DNA of 64,000 nucleotides from a virus (taxonomy: Duplodnaviria; Caudoviricetes), in the IMG/VR virus record IMGVR_UViG_3300011008_002712; one strand, written 5' to 3'. Shown piece after piece: positions 38,672 to 49,426 of this stretch (within the stretch, counting starts at the first letter, position 1; every line of letters starts with the position of its first letter). The translations under genes were made by a program, and so were the position numbers. A model generated the notes under the pieces. The model made no database searches. It was given only the letters and a program-made list of their open reading frames with translations, and had not been told where the DNA came from.

Positions 38672-39325
38672 TCATTGTTTTTGTTCTGTTGGTTCTTCAG
38701 GACGTTCATCGATAAATTGCTCATTCATTTCAATTTCATCATTTGATTCTTTTGTTTCTTCAAAATCTTGAGGATTTTCATCTAATTCGTTATTTGTAAT
38801 ACTATTAACTAGTTCTTCTTGCGACATTGTATTATCTATATTTAATTCTACTTCTTGCGCATTCTCTAAAGATTCAATGGCATCATCATATGGTAATTCT
38901 GCCTCTTCCAACTCACTCTCTTCTATTATTTGATCAATATTTGGTAACATTGGAATCAAATAATCGTCTGGAGAATTATTTGGCATATTATTTTCTTGAA
39001 CATTTTGTTGCTCTACATTATTATATGCATTAATTAATGAATCGTCAACAAATACTTGAAGAATTCTATCAAATCTATATGATCTAATAGATGAATCTTC
39101 TTTATATGACATCAACAATAAATTATTATCTTTGCTGACAGACCATCCATACGGTGCTATTTTTCTAAATCCACTTTGTAAATATTCAATCTCAATTAAT
39201 TGTGAATTTGCCATAGCGTCTGTAATAAGTTGAATCGCATTATCTCCTAATCCAACACTAACATATTCTGCTATTTTTTTAAATCTTTTTTTTCCAAGAC
39301 GTCTAAGCATCATTTTCAACTCCAA
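38672..39325 (-). CDS. WYL-domain protein with acidic tail
   Basis: IEIEY...RKIAPY...IRSYRFDRI. Confidence 0.75.
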   Translation of the reverse strand: MELKMMLRRLGKKRFKKIAEYVSVGLGDNAIQLITDAMANSQLIEIEYLQSGFRKIAPYGWSVSKDNNLLLMSYKEDSSIRSYRFDRILQVFVDDSLINAYNNVEQQNVQENNMPNNSPDDYLIPMLPNIDQIIEESELEEAELPYDDAIESLENAQEVELNIDNTMSQEELVNSITNNELDENPQDFEETKESNDEIEMNEQFIDERPEEPTEQKQ

Positions 39326-39552
39326 ATGTTGTCTATAATTTTACTCCCTTTATGTTTAACATTGTCATTATTTATAAAATAGAAAGATGACACTCTTAAA
39401 ATATACTATGTTACTTATCAAATACAAATATAGTCACAAATTTTAATATTTATTTAATGTACACTCAACAAATATTTTAATTTAGACGGTCATGCATTTT
39501 TTACGTAACCCTTCTATCATAAGATTGCCTCTTTCAATTTTTTATATAAAAA

Positions 39553-40521
39553 TTATGATTCATTATTTATTTTTCTCATTGTTTTTCTTATTAAAGAATC
39601 AATAAATACATATATGTCTTTACAATAATAATTGCTAATTCCAGCGGCTGAAGAATGTCCCCCTCCCCCGAACTCTAACATTATCTCTCCAACATTTACC
39701 AAATCACTTCTCGCTTTAATAGAAAGCCGATTTTTATTCTGTATGATAAGATATATTACCTTTATCTCTTTAATATCTTTGAGAAGATCTATGACATGAG
39801 AAGCATCATTAAAATTAGAACCACATAAATCTATCTCTTCTTTTGTAATAATCAAATATGCTATTTGAGAATTATTATTGTATACAAGTTTATTTAATGT
39901 TTTCCCTATTAATTTAACAAATGAAATGTTGTTCTGTTCTATTTCATCAAGAATTTTCATATCAGGGCTATATTTTGTCAATTCTGAAGCCATCTTATAT
40001 ATATCAAAATTGTTATTGTTAATTTTAAAATTATTTGTATCTCCACGAATTGACAAAAACAAATTTGTTGCTATAAAAGAATTGAATTTAAATTCTGTTA
40101 TTTGCTCAAAATACAAAAGCAATTGATAGATCAATACACCAGTAGATTGAACATTTTCTCTCCAGCAAATATTCCCCTCATTATCTCTTGAAAAATGATG
40201 ATCTATTATGATAATAAAATCACTTAAGTCATGACAATCAATATTTTGTATTCTATCCAAACAAGAACAGTCTAATACAAAAACTAAATCAAATATTTCA
40301 TTTTTTTTAGGTAGCTGTTTTACTCTGTCACCCAAAACGGCTTTAAATGCATCATTTACGTTGGTCTGTAATATATACCTTACATTCTTATTTAGTTGCC
40401 TCAATGCGTCTTCTAGGGCTAAAGATGACCCTATTGCATCTGCATCTGGTCCATCGTGGCTAATGATGCAGATATTTTTTGCATTGAGGACTTTTTTGGT
40501 TATATCTTCAATCATTGACAT
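39553..40521 (-). CDS. DHH/DHHA1 phosphoesterase (NrnA-like)
   Basis: SHDGPDADAIGS, LDC, IIDHH, GDT..F, GGGHSSAAG. Confidence 0.9.
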   Translation of the reverse strand: MSMIEDITKKVLNAKNICIISHDGPDADAIGSSLALEDALRQLNKNVRYILQTNVNDAFKAVLGDRVKQLPKKNEIFDLVFVLDCSCLDRIQNIDCHDLSDFIIIIDHHFSRDNEGNICWRENVQSTGVLIYQLLLYFEQITEFKFNSFIATNLFLSIRGDTNNFKINNNNFDIYKMASELTKYSPDMKILDEIEQNNISFVKLIGKTLNKLVYNNNSQIAYLIITKEEIDLCGSNFNDASHVIDLLKDIKEIKVIYLIIQNKNRLSIKARSDLVNVGEIMLEFGGGGHSSAAGISNYYCKDIYVFIDSLIRKTMRKINNES

Positions 40522-40602
40522 ACGATGATTTACTTCCTATCTTAATAAAATTGAGATGCATAAAATGCATCTCTAATAAAGAAATAAAGCACCATATATA
40601 AG

Positions 40603-41817
40603 TTATTCCGATTTGAATCCTTTTGTCTTTAACTCATATACAATGATAAGATTGATAAACATTAGCGCTGCAAAAATATACATTGCTAAAGTATACGTGC
40701 CAATATACGTTTTGATTAACGCAATTAACGGAACAGAAAATAATCCAGCCAATCCCCAAGCAAATAATATTTTGCCATGTATTGTTGATAAATGTTTGTT
40801 AGTAAACAAATCAATTAATGATGCTGGCATCACTGCAAAATATGCTCCATAGCTTGATACTATCATAACAATAAGCAGTTCAAACAAGTATTCGCTTCCA
40901 ATGATTGGAAGCATCAAAAATGATACAAACTCAATTATCATGAACGTAAGTATTGTATTAGGACGTCCTATGTAATCACTTAGTCCACTCCACATAATAC
41001 GTCCACACCCGTTTGCAAGACCAGCGATGCCGACTAAAGCTGCAGCTCTAGTCGCTGTAAAATTCATTAATTCTTGAGCCATAGGAGAAACTATTGACAA
41101 CAGCGCTATTCCGCAAGCAATATTGATAAAAAATGAAATAAACAACGCTTTAAATTGCCAAGTTTTTGTAATTTGACATACTTCTAATGATTTTGATTCA
41201 CCGTGTTCAGATGTTTGCATTTCATCCGGATAGTCTAAATATAGCGATGCAATAAGCATAATCATCAAATAAGCAAAACCTAAAATCAAAAAATTACTTA
41301 TCAAACTATATGTAGATACAAGATATTGCTGCAGAGGACCAGCTATCATAGAAGCAAATCCAAAACTCATTACACAGGCTCCTCCAGCTAATCCGGGGGT
41401 TTTATTAAACCAAGACACAATACATTTTATTGGTGTTACATATCCTATTCCGTATGCACACCCGCATATTATCCCAGAAAACAAATACATCAAAACAAGG
41501 TTATGTATAGATATTGCTAAAGCAGAACCAAATAATCCAATTGCGAACAAAACAGCTGACGCCAAACCAGTTTTTGTTGGTCCATATTTTTCTACATATT
41601 TGCCTCCAAATGAAGCTGACGTTCCCAAAAAGAAAATCGCTATAGAAAAAATAAATGTTGTTGCAAATAACGACCATCCAGTTTCAGCAATAATTGGCAA
41701 AACTAATGTAGAATATGCATAAACAGAACCAATAGATATATGTATTAGACATGCTGCCAATAACATTAGCCATTTATTTCTTGGTAATTTTTCTAATCTT
41801 ATTCCCAAAACTATCAC
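40603..41817 (-). CDS. MFS transporter, oxalate/formate antiporter (OFA) family
   Basis: About 12 TM; HISIGSVYAYS, GIGYVTP....WF....GLA.G, NGCGR..WS.LSDYIGR. Confidence 0.9.
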   Translation of the reverse strand: MIVLGIRLEKLPRNKWLMLLAACLIHISIGSVYAYSTLVLPIIAETGWSLFATTFIFSIAIFFLGTSASFGGKYVEKYGPTKTGLASAVLFAIGLFGSALAISIHNLVLMYLFSGIICGCAYGIGYVTPIKCIVSWFNKTPGLAGGACVMSFGFASMIAGPLQQYLVSTYSLISNFLILGFAYLMIMLIASLYLDYPDEMQTSEHGESKSLEVCQITKTWQFKALFISFFINIACGIALLSIVSPMAQELMNFTATRAAALVGIAGLANGCGRIMWSGLSDYIGRPNTILTFMIIEFVSFLMLPIIGSEYLFELLIVMIVSSYGAYFAVMPASLIDLFTNKHLSTIHGKILFAWGLAGLFSVPLIALIKTYIGTYTLAMYIFAALMFINLIIVYELKTKGFKSE

Positions 41818-41844
41818 TCTTTTCTGCTATTTGTTAATTTTTAT

Positions 41845-43518
41845 TTAAACATCATGATCTTTAAAATCAATTGGAAGAAGCTGTATATTTTTCTTTCCGG
41901 CAAATTCGTTAACAGATATTGTATAAATCATGTCTATATGTGTACTTTTATCAAATTGCTCCAAATAATAGTCTTTCAATTCATTAAAACAAATCGCAGG
42001 AATTTCATAATTATCATGACTTAACATAAACTTTAAAGCATTTTTCTTTCTTCCAAATACTTGTTTAGAAAGTACATTGATATTTTTAGTGCAAAATTTT
42101 ATTTCATCGTTTCCTTGACCAAACGGACGGAATTGATTGATTTGATCAATCAATTTGAAATTAATATCGCAGAAATTAATTTCAAAATCAACATTCAAAA
42201 TTGGATGAGAATCGTTTTCTGAGCGTGATGCTAAAAATTCTAGATAACTATCATTACAACGTTTTTTGAATTCTTCAAAATTTTTTTCGTTTATACTCAT
42301 AGCACACGCTTCAGAATGCCCGCCGCCATCAATATCTAAATCCTTATTCTGAACTATATTTTGAGATATGTCATAACCCAAAATGCTTCTTCCCGAACCA
42401 CCATACTTATCACCATACTTTATTAATGCAAAACAAGGTCTTTGATATTTATGAGATATTTTATTCGCAGCTATGCCAAGAAGTCCAGCTGGGACATTGT
42501 CAAATACTTGCACGATAAAAGATTCTTTTCCTATGTTAACTTGTGCCATAAGTTTTTCGGTAAGCTCTTTTCTTTTTTCATTTAACATGATAGCACGTTT
42601 TGCTATTTTTTCAGCGTCTATTTCGCAATCAGCTAAAAACATATCAACCAATTGTCCTGCATTTTCCATACGTCCAACTGCATTAATGCATGGAGCTATA
42701 CTAAAACCAATATCTGTTTCTGTAACAGCCTTATTGTCAAGCTTAAGAAGTTTCAACAATGCATTAATTCCATAGTTCTTAGTTTGATTAATAAGTTTCA
42801 AGCCATGATAGACAAAAATTCTATTTTCATCTTCTAATTTCATAACATCTGCTATAGTTGCCATAGAAGCCAAGGCAATTAATTGATTATTTAAATCTTT
42901 ATTCATTTTTTTAAGTTCTGGTATCAGTGCGCGAATTACTTTATATGCTACCATAGCTCCACAAATATAAGGAAACTCATAACTGGAATCTATAAACGGA
43001 TCCACTGTAATTTCGCAAGGAAGAGTATCACTATTCCAAGGATGATGATCTGTCACAATGACTTCAATATCGTTGTCTTGAGCATATTTGATATTTTCAT
43101 GTTCTGCTATTCCTGTATCTACAGTAATAATCAAATTAACATTATTCTTAATGCATTCATCTATTTGACGTTTTGAAATTCCATACCCATCTTTTTGTCT
43201 GTCTGGAACTGAAAATGACACATTTGTTGTAAGCTGTAAAAATCCTAACATCATAATAGAAGCAGCAGAAATACCATCAACGTCGTAGTCTGCGCAGATC
43301 ATGATTTTTTCATTATTAAGTATTGCATTTTGAACCCTATCAACAAGTTTGTCCATATTTTTTAACTGAAATGGATTTCTTATTTTTCCAACATGATTGA
43401 TAAAATCATCAAATTTATCAATATCCAATCCCATATCTTGTTGTTTAGCTTCAAAAAGATTATTATTATATTGATGCTTTATTTCCCATTTATAATTCAT
43501 ATTTATTTTCACCTTCAA
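41845..43518 (-). CDS. recJ: RecJ single-stranded DNA exonuclease
   Basis: DYDVDG, ITVDTG, TDHH, TIADVM, PCINAVGR, GSGRS, GGGH, PFGQGN. Confidence 0.93.
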   Translation of the reverse strand: MKVKINMNYKWEIKHQYNNNLFEAKQQDMGLDIDKFDDFINHVGKIRNPFQLKNMDKLVDRVQNAILNNEKIMICADYDVDGISAASIMMLGFLQLTTNVSFSVPDRQKDGYGISKRQIDECIKNNVNLIITVDTGIAEHENIKYAQDNDIEVIVTDHHPWNSDTLPCEITVDPFIDSSYEFPYICGAMVAYKVIRALIPELKKMNKDLNNQLIALASMATIADVMKLEDENRIFVYHGLKLINQTKNYGINALLKLLKLDNKAVTETDIGFSIAPCINAVGRMENAGQLVDMFLADCEIDAEKIAKRAIMLNEKRKELTEKLMAQVNIGKESFIVQVFDNVPAGLLGIAANKISHKYQRPCFALIKYGDKYGGSGRSILGYDISQNIVQNKDLDIDGGGHSEACAMSINEKNFEEFKKRCNDSYLEFLASRSENDSHPILNVDFEINFCDINFKLIDQINQFRPFGQGNDEIKFCTKNINVLSKQVFGRKKNALKFMLSHDNYEIPAICFNELKDYYLEQFDKSTHIDMIYTISVNEFAGKKNIQLLPIDFKDHDV

Positions 43519-43805
43519 TTCTTAATTATTTTAAGAATTTTAACATCTGGAATTTTGTTTTAGTATTAGAAACACTAATAGCCTGAGCTAATTCAGGCTA
43601 TTTCTTTGAATATACACTTTTTGAAGAAAAATAAGCCTCTAAAATTACTTGGCACCCATATGGTAATATTTTGATATACATAAATAAACAAAATAGTATA
43701 GTGTTTATTCAACTAGAGATTTTAAAGCAAAGTCTTAAAGACTAAAAAATACAAGCATCCGCGATAAGATATTTAAATGTTTTTCATATAAATTGTCTAA
43801 ACCAA

Positions 43806-45011
43806 TTATTCTTTATTTTCAATTGAATTTGTATGTTTTTCTAAAATATCATCTTCTTTAACAACATGTTTTTTGGTTTTTGTACCAGGAAGTCTATACA
43901 TTATGTCCAACAAACTATCTTCTATGACTGATTTAAGACCACGAGCGCCAGTTTTTCTTTTTAATGCGATTTTTGCAATTTTTCTAATTGCAGCATTGTC
44001 AAATTCTAAATCAATATTATCCATTTTGAATAATTGTTGATATTGTTTAATCAAAGAATCTTTTGGTTTAGTTAAAACATCTATTAGCGCATTTTCATCT
44101 AATGCATCTAATGTAACAATAATTTGAAGTCTCCCAATAAGTTCTCTTACTAAACCAAATTTTTGCAAATCTTGTTGCTGAATTTGATGTATTAATGACG
44201 AATCAGCTTTTATATTTTTAGAATCAGAACCGAATCCGATAGCTTTTTTGTTTAATCTTGCAGCAACTATTTCTTCAATCCCAGAAAACGAACCAGTACA
44301 TACAAATAGGATATTTGTAGTATCTATAACAGGATCAGAATTTTTAGAAAATGGGTTTTTAACTCCTTCTAAAGTAAATTTAGAACCTTCAACTAATTTT
44401 AAAATAGAATTCTGAGCATCTGCGCCATTTACATCTTTTCCGTCATTTCCACTTTGTTTTATTTTATCAATCTCATCTAATATGATGATTCCACGTTGAG
44501 CTACTTCTATATCACCATCGGCTTCGTTAAGAAGCTGAACAAGAACATCGTCTACAGACATTCCAACATATCCTTCAGATGTGATTTGTGTAGCACTTAT
44601 TACAATCATTGGCACTTCTAATATTTTTGCTATGGTTCTAACCAAATGTGTTTTTCCAGTGCCAGATGGACCAATAAGCAACATATTGCTTTTTGTTATT
44701 TCAATATCATTATTTTTGTCAATATGTTGTTTAAATACTCGTTTATAATGATTATAGACAGCAACGCTTAATGCTTTTTTTGCATATTCTTGTCCGACGA
44801 CGTATTCGTCTAATTTTTTCTTTATTTCTCTTGGATTCAAAATTTCTTTATTTGCTTTAGTTTGTATTTTTCTTCCTGCCATAATTTGTTGGCATAAATC
44901 TACACATTTTTCACATATATTAACAGAAGAAGTTGTTCCGTAAATTATTTTGTCTTTTTCAACTTCTTCTCCACAAAATTTGCATTTTACTTTATTACTT
45001 TTTGAAGCCAA
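43806..45011 (-). CDS. clpX: ClpX ATPase
   Basis: C4 zinc finger, VAVYNHYKR, GPSGTGKT, GYVG, DEIDK, IGF loop, TGARGL. Confidence 0.93.
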   Translation of the reverse strand: MASKSNKVKCKFCGEEVEKDKIIYGTTSSVNICEKCVDLCQQIMAGRKIQTKANKEILNPREIKKKLDEYVVGQEYAKKALSVAVYNHYKRVFKQHIDKNNDIEITKSNMLLIGPSGTGKTHLVRTIAKILEVPMIVISATQITSEGYVGMSVDDVLVQLLNEADGDIEVAQRGIIILDEIDKIKQSGNDGKDVNGADAQNSILKLVEGSKFTLEGVKNPFSKNSDPVIDTTNILFVCTGSFSGIEEIVAARLNKKAIGFGSDSKNIKADSSLIHQIQQQDLQKFGLVRELIGRLQIIVTLDALDENALIDVLTKPKDSLIKQYQQLFKMDNIDLEFDNAAIRKIAKIALKRKTGARGLKSVIEDSLLDIMYRLPGTKTKKHVVKEDDILEKHTNSIENKE

Positions 45012-45055
45012 TATCGTTCATCTCCTATCGTTTAATTTATTTTAATAAATTAAAC

Positions 45056-45784
45056 CTAACCTATTGACGCAAAAATTGTATCATTCATCTTGAATGGCTT
45101 ATTTATTTTGACAAATTTGTTATTCTTATATTGAAAATAGTCAACTTCTAAAGTCAAAGAAGGTATTCCACTTAATCTTTTTTCTATAGTTGCATATCTA
45201 AGCAAACCATCATGCGACAAGGTTAATGCATTATTTTTTATAAATTCTTCTGCTTCATCTTTTTTATAAAAAAATCCCATAATTCTTTTAGCACCAAAAA
45301 TACCTTGCAAATTTTTATTGAATTTCAGTTTTTCAAATGCTGACAAAATATAAATCGGAGGCATTGTTATCCCTTCATTATAGAATGAAATGTACAAATC
45401 TTTTTTTTCTCTAGTTATGTCTCTGGCATATACAAAAACTAAACAACCCAATTTATCTCGTTTTATAAAAAATCTTTTTTCATGTTTTAACTTCTTAAAC
45501 TTATAAAATGATAATTCCTTTGTTATATATTCTTTTATCCAATTTAATGTCATTCCAAAACGTCCATCTACCCATTCATCAGCCCAAACATTTTTTTTAG
45601 ATATGTTTTCATAAAAATATTCAGTGATTGCCATATTGTCAAATGTATCAAATAACATTTTTACATTTTCTTTTGTCAGATTCCATTGTTTATATCCTTT
45701 AATTGCTTCACTATATCCAATTCCTCTTATCATGTTTAAAATGGGAGAGCATATTAACTCTCCCATACACTCAGATCCTTTCAA
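45056..45784 (-). CDS. Hypothetical protein
   Basis: 242-aa ORF in operon. Confidence 0.65.
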   Translation of the reverse strand: MKGSECMGELICSPILNMIRGIGYSEAIKGYKQWNLTKENVKMLFDTFDNMAITEYFYENISKKNVWADEWVDGRFGMTLNWIKEYITKELSFYKFKKLKHEKRFFIKRDKLGCLVFVYARDITREKKDLYISFYNEGITMPPIYILSAFEKLKFNKNLQGIFGAKRIMGFFYKKDEAEEFIKNNALTLSHDGLLRYATIEKRLSGIPSLTLEVDYFQYKNNKFVKINKPFKMNDTIFASIG

Positions 45785-48125
45785 TATTAAATGTATTTGG
45801 ATGATTTTTGACTATATCGCCTTTTTCTATACGATGTTTAAATACATATTTTTTAATTTCTAGCAAATTATTCTTTTCATCATAAAATGTTGCTTTATCT
45901 CCAATATTTATTTTTAACATTTTACTGAAATTTTTATCAAAAATATGTTTTATAGCTCTTGATATTCTTCCTTTTATAAGTATATCTTTTGCTTTCATTA
46001 CTTTATATCCAAAGGTATTATCTGAATTTTCATATAACATCAAAATTTTGTCCGTATCGTTATTAGACAAAGATGAAACTTCGCAATCTACAATAAAGTC
46101 TCCGTCTTCTAATTTTGAAGTTGGAGTTCCACGAGTTCCAAGTCCAGTTGATGTAAATGAATTAGCACTAAATCTTGATACACATCCTTGATTTGTTGCA
46201 AGATTTATAATCTCATCTTCTGTATCAGAAATTAATTTATTTGCAGCAATATCGCAATCAATGTCTTTAATCAATTTTTTTCCAGATTTTAATTTAGATA
46301 TGTGAGTTTTTTTCGCCAAACCATTTTTTAAGATTGTAAATATTGTCTTATCAATATTTGCTGGATAAACAGACATAACATCTTTTATTTTTGCTCCGTC
46401 AATGTCTCTGGCTTTAATTGATGATATCTCACCATTTTTAAATATGATAAAAATATCATCATTTATTTTACAATCAAAATAAGACTTAAATATAGCAGAT
46501 TTATCTCTTAATTTGGAATCATCAAAATCTTTTTTATCATACAACTTTAATCCAGATGTTGTATTAACAACTACAGCATCTATAAATTTATCTGTTTCTT
46601 CTTCTGACATCTCTTTAAATTTATTAACAATTTTTGTCCTACGAGCATCGCCAAATTGTTCTTTCAATTCAGTGAGCTCTTTTACAATAAATTTATTTCT
46701 TGTATCATCATCTTCAAGTATGGCTTTGTGTTCAGCTATGCTGTTTTCTAAATTATGAATTAAAACATGAATAGCATTAATATTTTTCTTGACTAATGAT
46801 CGAATCTTTTTATCAAGTATATAATTAGCTTGAAGTTCTGTCAAACCATATTTATTCATCAATAAATCTAAAGCTTCTTGATCATCTTCGCAATCAATAA
46901 TTTCTTTTGACATCACTTTTACCTTATCCATAACTTTAGCAATGCCACGATTTATTTCTAATTTTTTAGACTCTTCATCAACTAAAAATTTCATCCTCTT
47001 TTTCAAAACTTTTCTTCTATTTTCCAAATAAATAGATACATAATCCATTAATGTTATTAGTTTTGGCGTTTTGTTGACAATGCCACACATAACATATGAT
47101 ATGCTTTTTTGCAAATCTGTTTCTTTATATAAAGTATTAATAATGAAATTCAAATTTGCAGTTTTTGAACATTCAATAACAATCCTTAGTTGTTTGTCTT
47201 CGCTTTCATCTCTTACATCAAGTGCTTTTACAAGTTGCTTGCTTGAAATCATATTATAAATTTTCTCAAGTGTCTTATTGATATTCATATTTGGTGTAAT
47301 ATCAGTAAAAACAATTTGAGGATTTTCATTTTCATGATTTATTTCAATTTCATAATTTGCTCTATATACTACTTTTGCTTTTCCAGTTTCATATAATTCT
47401 TTTAAATTTTCAGACGAAATGCATCCTCCTAGAGGTGCATCTGGTCCTTTAATAAATCTCATTAAATCTTTTAATTCATATTCTTTATTTTGCAATGCAT
47501 ATATTAAAGCATCACATACTTCTGTCAAATTATGACTCGGGCAATTTGTTGTCATTCCAACAGCTATGCCAGATGCTCCATTAATCAAAAAATTTGGAAG
47601 CAAAGCTGGTAAAACTACTGGTTCTTTTGTTGTTTCCGAATAATTTGGACGAAACTCAACACTACATTCATCCATAACATCTTCTAACAATGTATATGAT
47701 ATCTTTTGGAGGCGTCCTTCTGTATAACGATCTGCAGCAGCATCATCTCCAGATACAGAACCATTGCATCCATGAAAGTCTATTAAAGGATATCTAAATT
47801 CCCAATCCTGAGACATATTGACTATAGTGCCGTAACAAGATGCATGAGGATGATAATTACCCATAACTTCGCCAGAAATTTTCGCATTTTTAACGTATGG
47901 TTTATTCCAATCATGTTTTTGTTCTAAGCATGAATATAAAATGCGTCTTTGTGCAGGTTTTAGTCCATCTAAAACATCTGGTATTGCTCTTGATAAAATA
48001 ACTAACATTGAGTATGACAACATCGACGTCTTAATTTCATTGCTTATTTCTCCAGTAATAATATTTTCGTTCGCTAAAAGTTTGTCAACATCTAAACGAG
48101 AAGATTTCTTAGCCAAATTTATCAT
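45771..48125 (-). CDS. Type IIA topoisomerase subunit A (GyrA/ParC-like)
   Basis: RAIPD..DGLKP.QRRI, YHPH, AAADRYTE catalytic Tyr, NG.SGIAVGM.T. Confidence 0.92.
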   Translation of the reverse strand: MINLAKKSSRLDVDKLLANENIITGEISNEIKTSMLSYSMLVILSRAIPDVLDGLKPAQRRILYSCLEQKHDWNKPYVKNAKISGEVMGNYHPHASCYGTIVNMSQDWEFRYPLIDFHGCNGSVSGDDAAADRYTEGRLQKISYTLLEDVMDECSVEFRPNYSETTKEPVVLPALLPNFLINGASGIAVGMTTNCPSHNLTEVCDALIYALQNKEYELKDLMRFIKGPDAPLGGCISSENLKELYETGKAKVVYRANYEIEINHENENPQIVFTDITPNMNINKTLEKIYNMISSKQLVKALDVRDESEDKQLRIVIECSKTANLNFIINTLYKETDLQKSISYVMCGIVNKTPKLITLMDYVSIYLENRRKVLKKRMKFLVDEESKKLEINRGIAKVMDKVKVMSKEIIDCEDDQEALDLLMNKYGLTELQANYILDKKIRSLVKKNINAIHVLIHNLENSIAEHKAILEDDDTRNKFIVKELTELKEQFGDARRTKIVNKFKEMSEEETDKFIDAVVVNTTSGLKLYDKKDFDDSKLRDKSAIFKSYFDCKINDDIFIIFKNGEISSIKARDIDGAKIKDVMSVYPANIDKTIFTILKNGLAKKTHISKLKSGKKLIKDIDCDIAANKLISDTEDEIINLATNQGCVSRFSANSFTSTGLGTRGTPTSKLEDGDFIVDCEVSSLSNNDTDKILMLYENSDNTFGYKVMKAKDILIKGRISRAIKHIFDKNFSKMLKINIGDKATFYDEKNNLLEIKKYVFKHRIEKGDIVKNHPNTFNIERI

Positions 48126-48204
48126 CCTTTCTTTTTTATTTTTTATTTTAATTTTTACACTTTAAAATCATAAACAAAAGAAATAGGCGGTAAACCCGTC
48201 TATT

Positions 48205-48735
48205 TCATAAATCAATTTTACATAAACAATTTGTCACATAATTATCATTCATTTGAGGACTGTTCCATAATGTAATGTTATCGACTAAAATTGGAACTCT
48301 AGATAATTTCATATACTCGTATTCTGGGACATCATATGCAAAAGTGATGTGAGGCGTATATCCATCAAATTTGTCTTCTTTTCTTTTATATCCAGTATCA
48401 TCAATCAATTTTTCTAAAATATGTTTTATTTTATACAGCTTAAAGCTTTGATGAACACCCATCCAACAAACTCCACTGTCAAATCTATATAGTCCCTCCG
48501 CAAAGACATAAAATGACTTGAACTCGTTAGCATATAATTCTTTAAATTTTAACATTGCTTGCTGAACTAGATTATTATCATCTTCATCGTCGTTCAAAAA
48601 ACTAATTGTAATATGGAATGTTTGATCATCTACATAATTCCCAGGATTTTTTTGTTTTGCTAAAGTTTGACAATAACTAAGCATTGCTATGGTCTCTCTA
48701 TCATGAATATCCATAACAACATATAACGAACTCAT
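48205..48735 (-). CDS. 2H phosphoesterase (LigT-like)
   Basis: Two HxT motifs: FHITISF and PHITFA; start ATG 48735. Confidence 0.85.
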   Translation of the reverse strand: MSSLYVVMDIHDRETIAMLSYCQTLAKQKNPGNYVDDQTFHITISFLNDDEDDNNLVQQAMLKFKELYANEFKSFYVFAEGLYRFDSGVCWMGVHQSFKLYKIKHILEKLIDDTGYKRKEDKFDGYTPHITFAYDVPEYEYMKLSRVPILVDNITLWNSPQMNDNYVTNCLCKIDL

Positions 48736-48736
48736 T

Positions 48737-49213
48737 TTATTCACCCTTTTTATAGACATCTGGCATAATTCCAACCCATGTATAATTCAACCAGACTTTT
48801 TCGAATCCTTTAAAACCAATTTTGTCTCTATATAATGAATATACATTTTTTCTTCTTTCGCCTCTTGCATACCGAGTTCGTATATCTATAACATCTTTTA
48901 ATGATAATTTGTGATGCGGTGAATTTTCATATTTCATGATTTTTCCTCCAGAACGTATGTTATATCCATTATTTATAGAATCAAATTTGTTTATCCAAAA
49001 TGCTTCTCTAGATTCATCGTTTGTGATTTCTACAATCTGAAAACAAAAATTTTCAATTCCGTATTTTCTAATAGCATTATATAAGTGGATTTTTTTATTA
49101 TGCGAAAAAGCGCTATTAATGTGTTGTTGCCACCTATTCAACACATTAGATGACATGCCTACATAAATTTTGTTATTAACTAAATTTTTAATAATATAGA
49201 CTCCTGAAATGAT
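48737..49213 (-). CDS. GIY-YIG homing endonuclease lacking a canonical start codon
   Basis: Frame extends upstream of annotated ATG as IISGVYIIKNLVNNKIYVG; RW..H, E...I, GYN. Confidence 0.75.
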   Translation of the reverse strand: MISGVYIIKNLVNNKIYVGMSSNVLNRWQQHINSAFSHNKKIHLYNAIRKYGIENFCFQIVEITNDESREAFWINKFDSINNGYNIRSGGKIMKYENSPHHKLSLKDVIDIRTRYARGERRKNVYSLYRDKIGFKGFEKVWLNYTWVGIMPDVYKKGE

Positions 49214-49426
49214 TTATATCACTTCTCTCTAAAAAATATACATTTTCGCAGTGATTAAAATTAACATTGCATACAAAACATTCAAAAATGCTATTTTGAC
49301 ATGCATGAAGAAAAATTTTTTATGTTTATCCTTTTTAAATAATTAAAGACACAATTTAGTTGCGTCTTATATTTATTATTCATTTTTTGACGCAAAATTT
49401 TTTTAACAACAGTATTTGTATCTTTT

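Noticed and set aside
43519-43805. Structured ncRNA between clpX and recJ
   Set aside because: Only a terminator-like hairpin (AATAGCCTGA/TCAGGCTATT) is evident; no recognisable RNA family
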